A stretch of 29,755 bases of DNA from Malacoraja senta (taxonomy: Eukaryota). The stretch lies in the NCBI GenBank assembly GCA_038087875.1, contig JAXLNO010000575.1:310001-339755 (forward strand). The letters run 5' to 3'. Below, in pieces: positions 10,956 through 22,390 of the stretch; position 1 is the stretch's first letter; each line of letters starts with the position of its first letter. Made by a program: the position numbers and the translations under genes. The notes beneath the pieces were generated by a model, which had not been told where the DNA came from, searched no databases, and saw only the letters and a list, made by a program, of their open reading frames with translations.

Positions 10956-13819
10956 TTCAAGCTTATCAAAATAAAAAGAATAAGAATGAACAAAGACACT
11001 TAGAAGATCAAATAAAACAGTTAGATATAGATAATGCTAAAGACCCAACTATGGATAAACATAATAAAATACTACTACTGAAATTTCAGTTAAATAAATT
11101 ACTGTCAGAGAAAGTTATAACATTATTTCAAATCACAAAACAAGAACACTTCGAATTCGGGGACAAACCCCACAAACTTCTAGCACAACAACTTAAAAAA
11201 CGGGAAAAAGAGAATGCAATATTAAAGATTAAATCAGATAGAGGGGAAGTATTAACACTACCCAAGGATATTAATAAAAGATTTGCTCAATTTTACCAGA
11301 ATCTATACACATCTAAAACGTCAATAGACAATAATAAAATCTCAGAATTTTTAGATAATTGTAATCTACCACAATTAGAACGCAGGGAACAAGAGGAACT
11401 GGGAGCACAAATTACTTCTAAGGAGATAGAAGACACAATAAAAACACTAAAAAATGGAAAAACACCAGGACCAGACGGATTCAGTAATGAATTTTATAAA
11501 TCTTTTTATGATATAGTTACTCCACGATTACAAAAAATGTATACATATGCTTATAAAGAGCAAAACCTACCTGAAACACTAGCGGAATCAACGATCATAT
11601 TAATACTTAAAAAAGATAAAAATATAGAAGAACCAGGATCATATAGAGCTATTGCTTTGTTAAATACGGATCAGAAAATAATAGCAAAAACATTAGCCAA
11701 TAGATTAAGCAAGTATGTTAGTAGACTAATACATGAGGATCAAACAGGATTTATACCTAAGAGACACTCATTTAATAATTTGAGACGTTTGCTTAACATA
11801 ATGCATTCACATAAATCTTATGACCAAGAGTTAGCTATCATCTCACTGGACGCAGAAAAAGCGTTTGATCAAGTAGAATGGGACTATATGATCAAAGTAT
11901 TGCAAAAATTCCAATTGGGAGAAAACTTTATTGCATGGATAAAACTACTATATAACAAACCTACGGCTAGAATACTAACTAATAATATATTATCTTCAAA
12001 ATTCGAATTATCTAGGGGCAACAGACAAGGATGTTCACTATCACCGCTGTTATTTGCTTTGGTAATTGAACCCCTTGCTGAAAAAATAAGAACACACTCG
12101 AATATTCACGGTTATAACACAAAATATTCAAACAACAAACTATCCCTATATGCTGATGATGTACTACTGTACATCACAAAACCACAAATTAGTATACCAA
12201 ATATATTAAACTTAATTGAGGACTTTGGATCCTTTTCAGGATATAGAATAAATTGGAACAAAAGTGAAATTATGTCGATTAAACCAAAAGACTCAACACA
12301 TCTCAGGAAATTCCCTTTTAAAATAGCTATGGAAAAATTCAAATATTTAGGAATTGAGATTACTAGAAATTACCATGATATGTTTAAAGCTAATTATAAT
12401 CCCCTACTTAAGAAATTAAATAATTTGATTAAATTTTGGAAAACACTTCCGATGTCCTTAATAGGTAGGATAAATGCTATAAAAATGATTTTCTTACCAC
12501 AAATCCTTTACCTATTTCAATCAATACCTATATATCTCCCAAAAAAGTTTTTCAAAAAACTGGACTCAGACATTACAAATTTTATATGGGATTACAAATC
12601 CCACAGAATACAAAGAACACACCTTAACAAACGAAAAGAGTTGGGGGGTCTAGCGCTCCCTAACTTTATGTATTATAACTGGGCAGTAAATATTAAAAAT
12701 ATGATTCACCTGCTGGACAATTCTGCCCAGCAGGTGGACTGGATTATAATGGAAAAAGGGGATTGCTCCCCGAATAATATAGGAGCGATTATTCTCTCTC
12801 CAATAAATTTGAATAATAAAAATTATAATAAAAATCCAATTATATATAGCACTATTAGAACATGGAAGCAAATAAAACAGAATCTAAAATTAAGAAACCT
12901 ATCTCTCTTAATACCAATAGTCAATAACCCATCGTTTAAACCTTCAATCATAGATAAATCATTTATACAATGGGAAAGAATGGGAATCAAAACGCTCGAA
13001 GATCTGTATGAATTAGAAAAATTACTATCATTTCAACAATTACAACTGAAATATAATTTGAAAAATAATCAATATTTTAAATATCTACAAATCTGTGACT
13101 ATTTGAAAACACACACAAAAGATTATTATAATATGCCTTCCGACTTACTAGATGAAGCAATGAAGACAAAGGCGGAATCAGTTAATTTAATATCATACTT
13201 ATATAATATCATCTTAAACATAGAAATACCCACAACAGATGGAATTAGAAGAGATTGGGAACAAGATCTAGGTATAAAAATTTCAAAAGAGAGTTGGGAT
13301 AATCATTTATTACAGGTGCATAAATGCTCGATCAACGTACGACATACGCTTATCCAATTTAAAACATTACATAGATTATATTATTCAAAAACCAAACTAA
13401 ATAAAATCTTTCCTAACGTCTCACCAATCTGTGATAAATGTATATGTCAAGAAGCTACCATAGCACATTCTTTTGTTTTTTGTACAAAAATCCAAAAATT
13501 CTGGTTTGAAATATTTGATATTTTTTCAAAATTAATCAAAATAAAACTGGTACCAAAACCAGAATGGATTATTTTTGGAATATCGGAAGGTATTCCTGAA
13601 TTAAACGTGTATCAGAAGAATTTACTCAATTATGGGCTAATAATGGGAAAAAAGCTTATACTTAAATTCTGGAAAAATGCGCCCACACCAACAATAAAAA
13701 TGTGGACATCAAATATGTTGGAAACATTACATCTGGAAGAGATGAGATTCCTCCTAGTAGGCAAAGTAGACCAATTTCAAAAGACGTGGTCTACGTTTTT
13801 GGACCTATTACAAGCATGA
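10956..13819 (+). CDS. L1 ORF2 (RT plus C-terminal Cys/His domain), endonuclease lost by truncation
   Basis: KTPGPDGF, SYRAIALLN, LDAEKAFD, RQGCSLSPLLF, YADD, CDKC..H..C; no stops over about 950 aa. Confidence 0.92.
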
Positions 13820-14188
13820 GGTGCAATAGTAATTTAGAAAAACAAATAAATAAATAAAAGGTATCTGGACCTGGTAATGGGAGGTAAAACAAAAACAGAC
13901 TTGGTTGGTAGTTCCTTCTCTATGAAGTATGTTATAAGAGTTATAATAGAGCGATTGTTCCTTCTTTCTTTCTCTTTCTTTTCTAGGGTCTATTTTCTAA
14001 CTTTACTTCCTTCTCTAACTTCTTTTCTAAGGGGCTTTCTTTTCCCAACACTCTGTTGCACTTCACAACCTTTGCGCACTTTCTTCACTTTTCTTACTTC
14101 TTTCTTTTTCTTTCTTAAAGTTTAAAAAATGTATTAATATATACGTGTTGTACATTACTGTAATCTACCGTACTTCTATTAAAAAAAT

Positions 14189-14228
<40 letters not shown>
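10956..14228 (+). mobile_element. 5'-truncated L1-clade LINE inserted in env
   Basis: TSD AACTTGTCGGGGTG at 10942-10955 and 14229-14242; TT/AA target site; uninterrupted ORF2; 3' UTR; pure poly(A) from 14193. Confidence 0.96.
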
Positions 14229-14232
<4 letters not shown>

Positions 14233-14744
14233 TGTCGGGGTGGCCCGATAATGGTGGCTGCCTGAGTTGACATACAAATACTGTTTCCCAAGAATACACC
14301 TGCCTTGGTGGTGGCAAAAACAGGTAGTATTAACTGGCCTGTGCGGATCTCTTACTATCTGTAGTCGGGGTATATCTGCTGCATTTGTCACGTTCAATTT
14401 CCAATCTCGTTTAAAGGGAGGGGTGTACCATCCTTCAAAGTTATTGTATTTCGGGCCTCCATAGGTGATGTTTATTGTTTCGTTTTTGGTATTTGTTATC
14501 CGTATGATTTTTAGACAGGACGTTTTTTTAGTGGAGTTACAGAAGCACCTCATCGCTAGTCTCTCGGTAAGGTTTAATGGAATGGGGACCAAGGGAATGC
14601 CTTCCTTACTGCTAGTCGGAACACCGGTGCATACCCAACATTCAGTCCCATGTGCACGTACAGCAAACTCATGGCTCATAGCCAGATAGGTATTAGTCCA
14701 TGTTACCCTGGCCATGGTTAGGACCATCAGTAGAGTGAGCATCA

Positions 14745-17700
14745 CTCGTGCCATCCTTGTATCCAATCTTTTTGCAGTCGGAGAGGCATCCAACGTGGAT
14801 GGTTTCCAACCTTCACTGCTGTTGGTGTAGTCAGCAGCACCTGGTACGGTCCGTTCCAACGGGGGCCGAGTTTCTTGCGGTCCCAATTTCTGATAAGTAC
14901 GTAGTCCCCTGGTTGGACTATTTTGCTCTGGTCAGGACTCCTTTACCTGCAAATGCAATGCTGACAGAATATGGGTGAGTCGTTGAACATAGGTAATTAT
15001 TTCATCGTTTAATGCGTGTAAATCTAAGGTTCCTTCATGAGTAATGCTTGCTCCCCAGGGGGTTCGTAGAGGTTTACCGTAGATAATTTCTGCTGGGGAT
15101 AGCTTTGTAACACTGTAGGGAGTTACCCTCATTTCAAATAATGCTAAGGGTAATACTTTACTCCATGTCTGTCCCATTTCTCCCATCAGCTTGGTAATCT
15201 TGTTTTTCAATGCCCCATTGGCTCTTTCCACCATGCCTGTGGGTGGTGTACACAGTGAAATTGCTGTCGGATATTAAAATGTGCACATATTTCCTTATTA
15301 ATAGTGGCAATAAAATGGGGACCATTGTCCGAGCTTATGACAGTAGGTAGGCCAAACCTGGGAATAACTTCTCTTAACAACAATGTTACTGTAGTCTCAG
15401 CAGTATTATTAGTGGTTGGTAGAGCTTCAATCCACCTGCTAAATAAATCTAAAATCACTAAGCAATATTTATAACACTGGGCCCTTGTCATTTCAATAAA
15501 ATCAATCTGTATGCATTCAAACGGTCGTGATGGCATTGGCGTCACCCCTGAGGGTATCTTAATTGGTTTGCCTGGATTACTTCGTTGGCAAATTTTACAT
15601 TTAGAGGCCTGCTTTAGTGCCTGTTGCCAAATTTTCGGGTGCCACCATGTTTCCTTTGTCATCCTTATCATTCCCACCTTACCAGCATGGGTAAGAGAGT
15701 GAATATATGTTAGTAAGACAGGTAAAAATGCATCAGATACACAAACTTGCCCAAGCGGGGTAAGCCAAAGACCTGTGGTGGAGTCAATGGCACAGCCCTC
15801 TTGTTTCCATAGTGGTTTTTGGTTATCAGAGGCGTCCCTCTGTAATGTACATACCTCCCTCATATCTGGCAGGACCATTCTATTTGCTAGTATCTGTTTA
15901 CCAGATGTCACCACGCATTTGGATTTACAGGCTGCTTGTTTGGATACACTATCGGCAAACTCATTGCCTTTTGTTATAGGGTCCCCAGCACCAGTGTGTG
16001 CAGCACATTTAATAATGGCCAGCTGTTCTGGTAGCATCAATGCCTTAAGCAAATTACGCACAAAGAGGGCATTCTTAATGGGTGGGTGTTCCTGCCGAGG
16101 TCAGGAATCCTCTGTGTTGCCAGAGAGCGCCAAAGTCATGAGCAACGCTGAAGGCGTATCGGGAATCAGTATAGGATGTTAATTTGTTTGTCCGTTGCTA
16201 ATATGCAGCCTCTAGTTAAGGCAAATAGTTCTGCCTGTTTTGCTGATAACGGTATCTGAAACCTTCCTTCTTCCAAAATCATCTGTGACCCGTTTACTAC
16301 TGCATAGCCTGAAGCCCGCTGTCCTGTTTCAGGGATAATCATGGAGGAGCCATCGACAAACCATGATGGTATGTTGCATTCCAATGGTACATCAGACAAT
16401 CCTTCCCGTGTTTTTGTCAATAAGTCATTGGCCATCTCACAATTGTGGGGTGGCTCTATGCAAGGCTCAGGTGGCTCAGTCAAAAAGGCAGACGGATTTA
16501 TTGTAGAACAATGCCGAAAGGTCAAATTTGGATTATTCAACAATGTCAGTTCATAGCGGCCCAGGCGTGCCTGGGTGAGGTATTTCGTTTGATTCGCATT
16601 CATTAATGCGGGGACACATTGAGTCGTAAATATGATCACCGGTTGATGCAAAGTTATGTTTGCAGCGGCCGAGACAGCGGCATGTATACCAGGCAAAATC
16701 TGGGTGCAAGGGGGTTAGCCGCGTGCTACCGCATCCAGGCGAACTGAGAAGTAAGCTACTGGTCGTTTAACATCCCCATGTTTTTGTGTCAGTACGACTG
16801 ATACACAATCTTGAATTACTGTTACATATAGCTGAAACGATCTGTCATACAGTGGTCTGCCGATGGCTGGGGCAGAGGGTAATGCATCTTTTAATGCTAT
16901 AAAGGCCTCTGTCTGTTTTTCATCGAGGGAAAAATGTCGTTCGGCATTTGCAGAAGCCAGTGGTGATAGATGCTTCGTATAAAGTACAACATTGGGAATC
17001 CACTGACGGCAAAAGTTCACTAACCCCAAGAAGGCTCTCATTTGTTTGAGGGTTTCTGGTTTTGGGTATCGAATTATAGGGTCCACTCTTGCTGGAGTAA
17101 TGGCTCTTTCAGTGGCACTAATCATAACTCCAAGAAATTTAACTTCCTTCTTGCCCTCTTTAACTTTCCTCTGAGGGATCACATACTCCCAAGCATGTAA
17201 GGCTTCTAATAACTTTGCAGTGTCAATAATGTTGCTGGCCTCATCAGAACTGGCAAGAAATAAATCATCAACATACTGAATTACAGTGGAGCCTTGTGGG
17301 AGGGTTAATGTCTTTAACTGGTCTGCTAGTACTTGGGAAAACATAGTGGGCGAATGTACAAAACCTTGCGGTAGGCGTGTCCATGTATATTGTTGTCCTT
17401 CGTATGTAAAGGCGAAAAGGTATTGGCAATCGGGATGCAGTGGGATTGCAAAGAAATGCGTGTTGTAGGTCAATAACTGTGAAGATGGTCGCAGAGGCGG
17501 GAACCTGGCTCAGGATAATTGCGGGGTTAGGTACGATGGCGTGCATAGGCGTAACGATCTCATTAATTGCACGGAGGTCTTGTACTAGCCTCCACTCTGA
17601 GCGTCCGGGCTTGGGTACCGGGAAGATCGGGGTGTTACATGGTGAGTGACACTGCACCAATATACCCTGGTGTAAAAGAGACTGCACCAGCTGTTGTATT

Positions 17701-18677
17701 CCTGCCACTGCTTCTGGTTTTAATGGATATTGGGGGACCGCAGGGAGGCGGACATCCGGCCTAAGCGTGATCATTATAGGAGCACAATAAGTCAGTCCTA
17801 CCTCATGCGGTGATGTCGCCCAAATCTGATGTTTGTCTACGTCGTTTGTCGTCGGCTGATGGCGTCGGATAACTCCTTCAACGATCTGGTTCTCTTTCCA
17901 ATATTCCAGCGTTCCCTGAGAAAAATATTTCTCACCCAGTATGTTACTTGCTTGGTTGCATAATTCGTAGGTGAGGTACCCTAGCTCTTTTGCTGAGTGG
18001 TCTGCCCTCACTGAGGTGGTTACATGTGGTGCCACTATGGAAGCATTCTGTTTCCACAACCCTTCTTCCACTTGCACTATCACGGCAGTGACGGGTTTGC
18101 CTGACACTGTTCCTATCAAGCAGACCCTAGTCGCTTCCCCTATCAGTGAACCAAAGTAATCTTCCATTTCAGGATTGCAACCCGTAGGATCATAAAATAA
18201 TGTCACATGTGGATCGGGTGTATTTCCAAAGACTGGTGCTGACAAAAGATCAATAGCCCACCATTGAGGTGTTGGGAAGTGTGTGTGCATCATCTTCTGG
18301 GTCTGCAGGTGAATTCCCTCGTCCGTGCAGATAATTCCTGCTTTTAATCCTATCAATAGGTCTCTGCCTGCGAGGTTGCAGCCAAGAAATGGGGTAACGG
18401 AAAAGGGGAGAGTGCATTGTTCCTGTCCATAGGTTATAGTCAGAGGCTGAGTTAGGGGGTAACACCGTACTTTCCCGTCCAAACCTGATAACCGTGTTAC
18501 ATGGTCTGACATGGGAACTCCCAGAGATGCCGCAAGCTCCTGATTCAGGGTAGATGAGGTTGCTCCTGTATCAATCAAAAACTGAACTCTGGTGTCCCCC
18601 AGCATCATGTTTACTATGGGTTCTTCATCGGGGTTGGCGATTAGTGGGAATAGGTGTTGTACAGGGGAGTGGGTGGG
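14745..18677 (-). pseudogene. pol: Retroviral Pro-Pol (protease, 2H-like domain, RT, RNase H, integrase) with several frameshifts and stops; 3' end approximate
   Basis: FLIDTGA and GRDLL protease; QDLRAIN, LPQGF, QYVDDL RT; WFVDGSS and QAELFAL RNase H; HSLTH..CKIC, QIDF, SDNGPHF, VERANG integrase; GDYVL..WNGPYQVLLTTPTAVKV read by eye near 14800-14910. Confidence 0.95.
17860..18280 (-). other. 2H phosphoesterase-like domain within Pol (boundaries approximate)
   Basis: PHVTL (His codon 18209-18207) and PHVTT..AKELG (His codon 18026-18024) in about 140 extra aa between the protease end and the RT start, all in one open frame. Confidence 0.75.
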
Positions 18678-20381
18678 TCATTGGGAAAACAGGTTGTTGG
18701 TAGAGTACGGAGCCCGTCTTCCCCGTACTTCCCCGGAGTCACCAGAGGGACATTCCCTTTTCCAATGCCCCATTCCCCCACACTGAAAACAGCTTCCTCC
18801 AGCTCCTCTCTCACCACGTGATCTTCCCTGCCCTGGGTGTTTTGATTTCATCTTCCCTGGAATTCTCCTCCCCATCGTGGTCTATCCCATTGTGGTCTGG
18901 GAGGAAAACCCCTTCCTCTACCAGGGCGCATCCCGTTCCCAGGTCTCATAGCCAGAGCCTGATAGGATTCCTCAGCTGCTGGATCCCACATATAATATTC
19001 AGTTTTTATTCTAGGTGCACTGGTGGCAGCCGTGTTTCTGGCACCGTCAGCCCAAAAGGCAGCTACTGCACGTCTCATCTGGGTTATGTCGTTGCCTGAC
19101 CAGTTTAAGTCTGTTTTAATCATTGACTGTACTTTAAGAGGGAGACAACTCATTAACATAGCATTAAAAGCTGGGGACCTATTGCCCGCATTGTATACAG
19201 TCTCCTGCATAGGTCCCATAGATACTAGTGAAACGATCCAGGACCACCGACATGTTAATTGGCTTCTTCAAACATTCAAATAGACTGGTCATCATAAAAT
19301 CTACACAAAATGCCTCGTCTGCATGCCCTTGCACGGCTTTTAGTGCCTGCCACGTCTGATGTTTCTTAACATCCTTCCACTTCTGTTGTTCGGCCACTGA
19401 CAAAAGTGACATGGTCATGGACCAAATATCACGGTCCGTAGCCTGATAATATTCTACCGTATTGCGGAGGTATTCTACAAATTCCTGCGGGGTCTTATGG
19501 CGGTCTGGGGCTTTATCCCGTATCATACATTGCTCATGTGGTTTCCACGGTGCGTATATTTGCATGGTATCGTTCTGATTGTCGTCTCCTGCCCTAGGGT
19601 TTGGCACCGCTCTCATAGGGAGGTTCTGTGCAGTCCTTCTAGGGTGTGTTTTTACTCGCTCCCCAATTGATGCCACCGTGTTAATTGCTACATTTTGGAC
19701 ACTTTCCGTTAGCTCACTCATGTCTTCCTTTAGTATTTCACCGTAGCTTTGTAAGGTCGGAACTTCGGGGTACATGGATATTACTGACGGAGCTGCCAAA
19801 GGTAAGGATGCCATTGCTACTGGTAGGACGTAGGGAGGTGGACGTCTCCCAGGATTATCTAATTCCTCATCTTCACTACCAAACAGGGTCGTCGTGCCAG
19901 ACATGAAGTCTCCTCCAGACGATTTACCAGTACTGGGTTTATTTTTACTAACCATCACCTGTTTCTCACCTCCCGCCTGTCTCTTAATTATTTTCTCTTG
20001 TTCCTCCGCCCACTGGCATTCTAGTTGCAATACTTTCCATGCTTTCATAGTGCCTTCCTTATTTCTTAACTCTATCCCTTTTTTACATGCGGTATCCATC
20101 CAACTTCGATCTCTACTCTCCTCATGCTTCTTCTCTGCTTCCGCTTTCCATGCTTTAATTCCTGTCTTCCATTTCTTTCCTGCCTTCCTTCCCCATATCA
20201 ACATCTCTGCTTTTTTAATTGTCTCTACATTCCATGTGCCCCCTACTGGCCAGGCTTCATCTCCTAACCGATTGGTCAACTTGTAACTTAACATTCTAAA
20301 TTGCTTATTATACTTAGGATTCAAATAACACATATGTTGGATGGGGTTTCCCCCTTCACTGTTATCCAGAGCATTCCCAAT
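18678..20381 (-). pseudogene. gag: Retroviral Gag, two frameshifts, start codon apparently ATG>ATT
   Basis: ORFs 19179-20498, 18848-19219 and 18678-18875; (I)GNALD myristoylation-like start at 20381; late domain PPPY; zinc knuckle CFQCGGMGHWKRECP. Confidence 0.88.
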
Positions 20382-20470
20382 AGATAGATAGAGAGAAAGA
20401 GAAAGAGAGAGAAAAAAAGAGAGAAAAAGAAAGGGAGAAAGAGAGAGAGAAAGCAGACTTCTCAATTCTT

Positions 20471-20815
20471 TAAAAAAACAACGCCCCAAGTATTTCAACC
20501 AAGCAGACCCGCTAATCGAGACCCCAGTTTCTCAACTTGGCAGACTCCTTATCCCTTAAAAAAACGTCCCAAGTATCTTAACCAAACAGACCTGCTAATC
20601 GAGACCCCAGTTTCTCAACTTGGCAGACTTAACTCTTTTTTTTTTTTTAAACAGCGCCACTTATTTCTCAACCCGACAACTGCTCGGATGTCTCAACAAG
20701 CCAGGCGCACACCTCGTCCCCTGTATCTCAACCTGACAAACTACGGATGTCTCAACAAGGCCGACGAGCCCTTCTTAAAAATACATACACAATCCCTTCT
20801 TAAAAATACATACCC
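20471..20815. repeat. Direct repeats in the ERV 5' leader
   Basis: About 75 bp at 20471-20546 and 20557-20629; TCTCAAC..CGGATGTCTCAACAAG twice; CCCTTCTTAAAAATACATAC twice. Confidence 0.85.
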
Positions 20816-21015
20816 AAAGCCCAACTGGTCTTACCGTTGTTGTCTGTATTAAGAACCTCGGCGGGGAACCTGGATCAACCTCTGATGAAGGATCACAGAC
20901 GTTCCCGGGAGTTTCTAGGGGAGTCGGTCTTACAAGGGGGCCGATAGAGCCCAATTGTCTCCCTTCCAATCACGGCAACCTCTGCAACCTCTTGCACAGT
21001 CAGCTGTTGATGGGG

Positions 21016-21033
21016 TCCCAGCGAGGCCTGCCA
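21016..21033 (-). promoter_or_regulatory. Primer-binding site, tRNA-Thr-like
   Basis: Plus strand TCCCAGCGAGGCCTGCCA matches the recalled vertebrate tRNA-Thr(AGT) 3' end TCCCAGCGAGGCCT-CCA with one extra G; lies just inside the 5' LTR. Confidence 0.75.
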
Positions 21034-21046
21034 AAAAAAACGGCAA

Positions 21047-21822
21047 TGAAAAAGTTACTTATTATAACAATCAAACAGGTTCGCTTCTTAATAAACAGAC
21101 AACACACAAACGTTTGGGAGACCAGTTCAAAACTTGACTTATTATCGGCCGATGGAAGGGAACGAGAACTCTAGTCAAGTGAGCAATGCAGACACTTCAC
21201 TGTCCTCATCCCCTTCTTCGAACAACAGAATTACATCGTATTATATAGTGTTTTTTTGTCACCTTAGCACATTCCACAAACATTAGTCATGGTCAGAGAT
21301 ACAGAGAATCAAGGTTACTACTGGATGCGCCCGACTGGTCTCGTCACATCAAAGGCATCTTGTCATATGGTACAAGGACATTACATCTCAAAGGCCTCAG
21401 ACATTTGTTATTGCCCCTTAATGAATCTAGTTTCCTCTCTCATCACTTCCTCCCTCATAAACATCGGACATTTGGTGCAAGGCATTTTACATATCAAATA
21501 CCTCAGCCATTTGTCAAAATCCCTTAGATCAATCTAGTTCCCTCTCTCGTCACTTCCTCATAAACATCGGACATTTGGTGCAAGGCATTTTACATATCAA
21601 ATAGATCAATCTAGCTTCTTTTCTGCTTCCTCTTTCGTCACTTGGGAGACAAATGGTAAAGTATTCATTATCTCAATACACTGCAACCTGAGGCAACTTA
21701 ACTTGCCTTTCTGTATTATTCTACTGGAGAAAAGCTTAATTTGAGACTAAATATAAGCTGTAAACTAGCCCAGGAACCAATTTAATATCTTCTTTTTTTT
21801 AAAACTTAATTCAGCCTTATCA
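21047..21822 (-). repeat. ERV 5' LTR (inner U5 boundary approximate, 21034-21047)
   Basis: Starts TGATAAGGCTG on the minus strand at 21822; 21385-21822 aligns with 9868-10202; candidate ...TTTTTCA end at 21047; TATA-like CTATATAA (minus) at 21241-21248. Confidence 0.85.
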
Positions 21823-21987
21823 CAGGCACCGACCACCCTTTGTGTAAAAGATATCCACAGTTGTTGTTGATTGCCACTGATAGTGACTGTACTTCTCAGC
21901 TTCAGTCTGATTGTCGTGCACTCCGGAATATGTCCATACACCACTCTCGACTGCTTCAGATATCTCAACTCTCCGCTTTCCTACCTT

Positions 21988-22225
21988 CATAAGTGATAGG
22001 AGCAGAAATAGGCCATTCGGCCCATCAAGTCTACTCCGCCATTCAATCATGGCTGATCTATCTCTCCCTCCTAACCCCATTCTTCTGCCTTCTCCCCATA
22101 ACCCCTGACACCCGCACTAATCAAGAATCTATCTATCTCCGCTGGCCTTGTGGCCTCCACAGCCATCTGTGGCGAAGAATCCCACAGATTCGCCACCCTC
22201 TGGCTGAAGCAATCCCCCTCATCTC
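21988..22225 (-). mobile_element. CR1 3' end fragment
   Basis: Reverse complement of the CR1 3' UTR seen at about 2125-2235. Confidence 0.8.
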
Positions 22226-22390
22226 AATTACAAATACAATTACGATTACGATAAACTTTATTCATCCTCGGAGGGAGATTGTTCTGCCGACGGTCACAAC
22301 TCACAAGTTACACAAGAACTTGAAATTAAAAGTGAAGTAAACCTATGCTGCACTCCCACAATTCTTGCTATTGAGGTTTACAAGGTTAAT

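Larger units (their letters stand above)
10234..14754 (-). pseudogene. env: Gamma-type Env interrupted by an L1 (coding parts 14754-14229 and 10941-10234)
   Basis: Signal peptide MARVMLTLLMVLTM; CWVC; NGTYFVCGSWAYPWLP; SKR/S cleavage-like site; ISD LQNRMALDFILAEKGGTC; CX6CC CAIIGRECC; hydrophobic TM; stop at 10234. Confidence 0.93.
9868..21822 (-). mobile_element. Endogenous retrovirus, class I (gamma/epsilon-like), nearly full length, defective
   Basis: Two homologous LTR copies flank gag (PPPY, CCHC), protease (DTGA), RT (YVDD), RNase H, integrase and env (CWVC, ISD, CX6CC) in retroviral order on the minus strand; PBS and PPT present. Confidence 0.97.

Noticed and set aside
14191..14230. 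Poly-Phe C-terminus on the Env SU ORF
   Set aside because: Antisense read of the L1 poly(A) tail after a frameshift
21823..21828. ERV target-site duplication
   Set aside because: The other flank was lost with the 3' LTR end, so it cannot be tested
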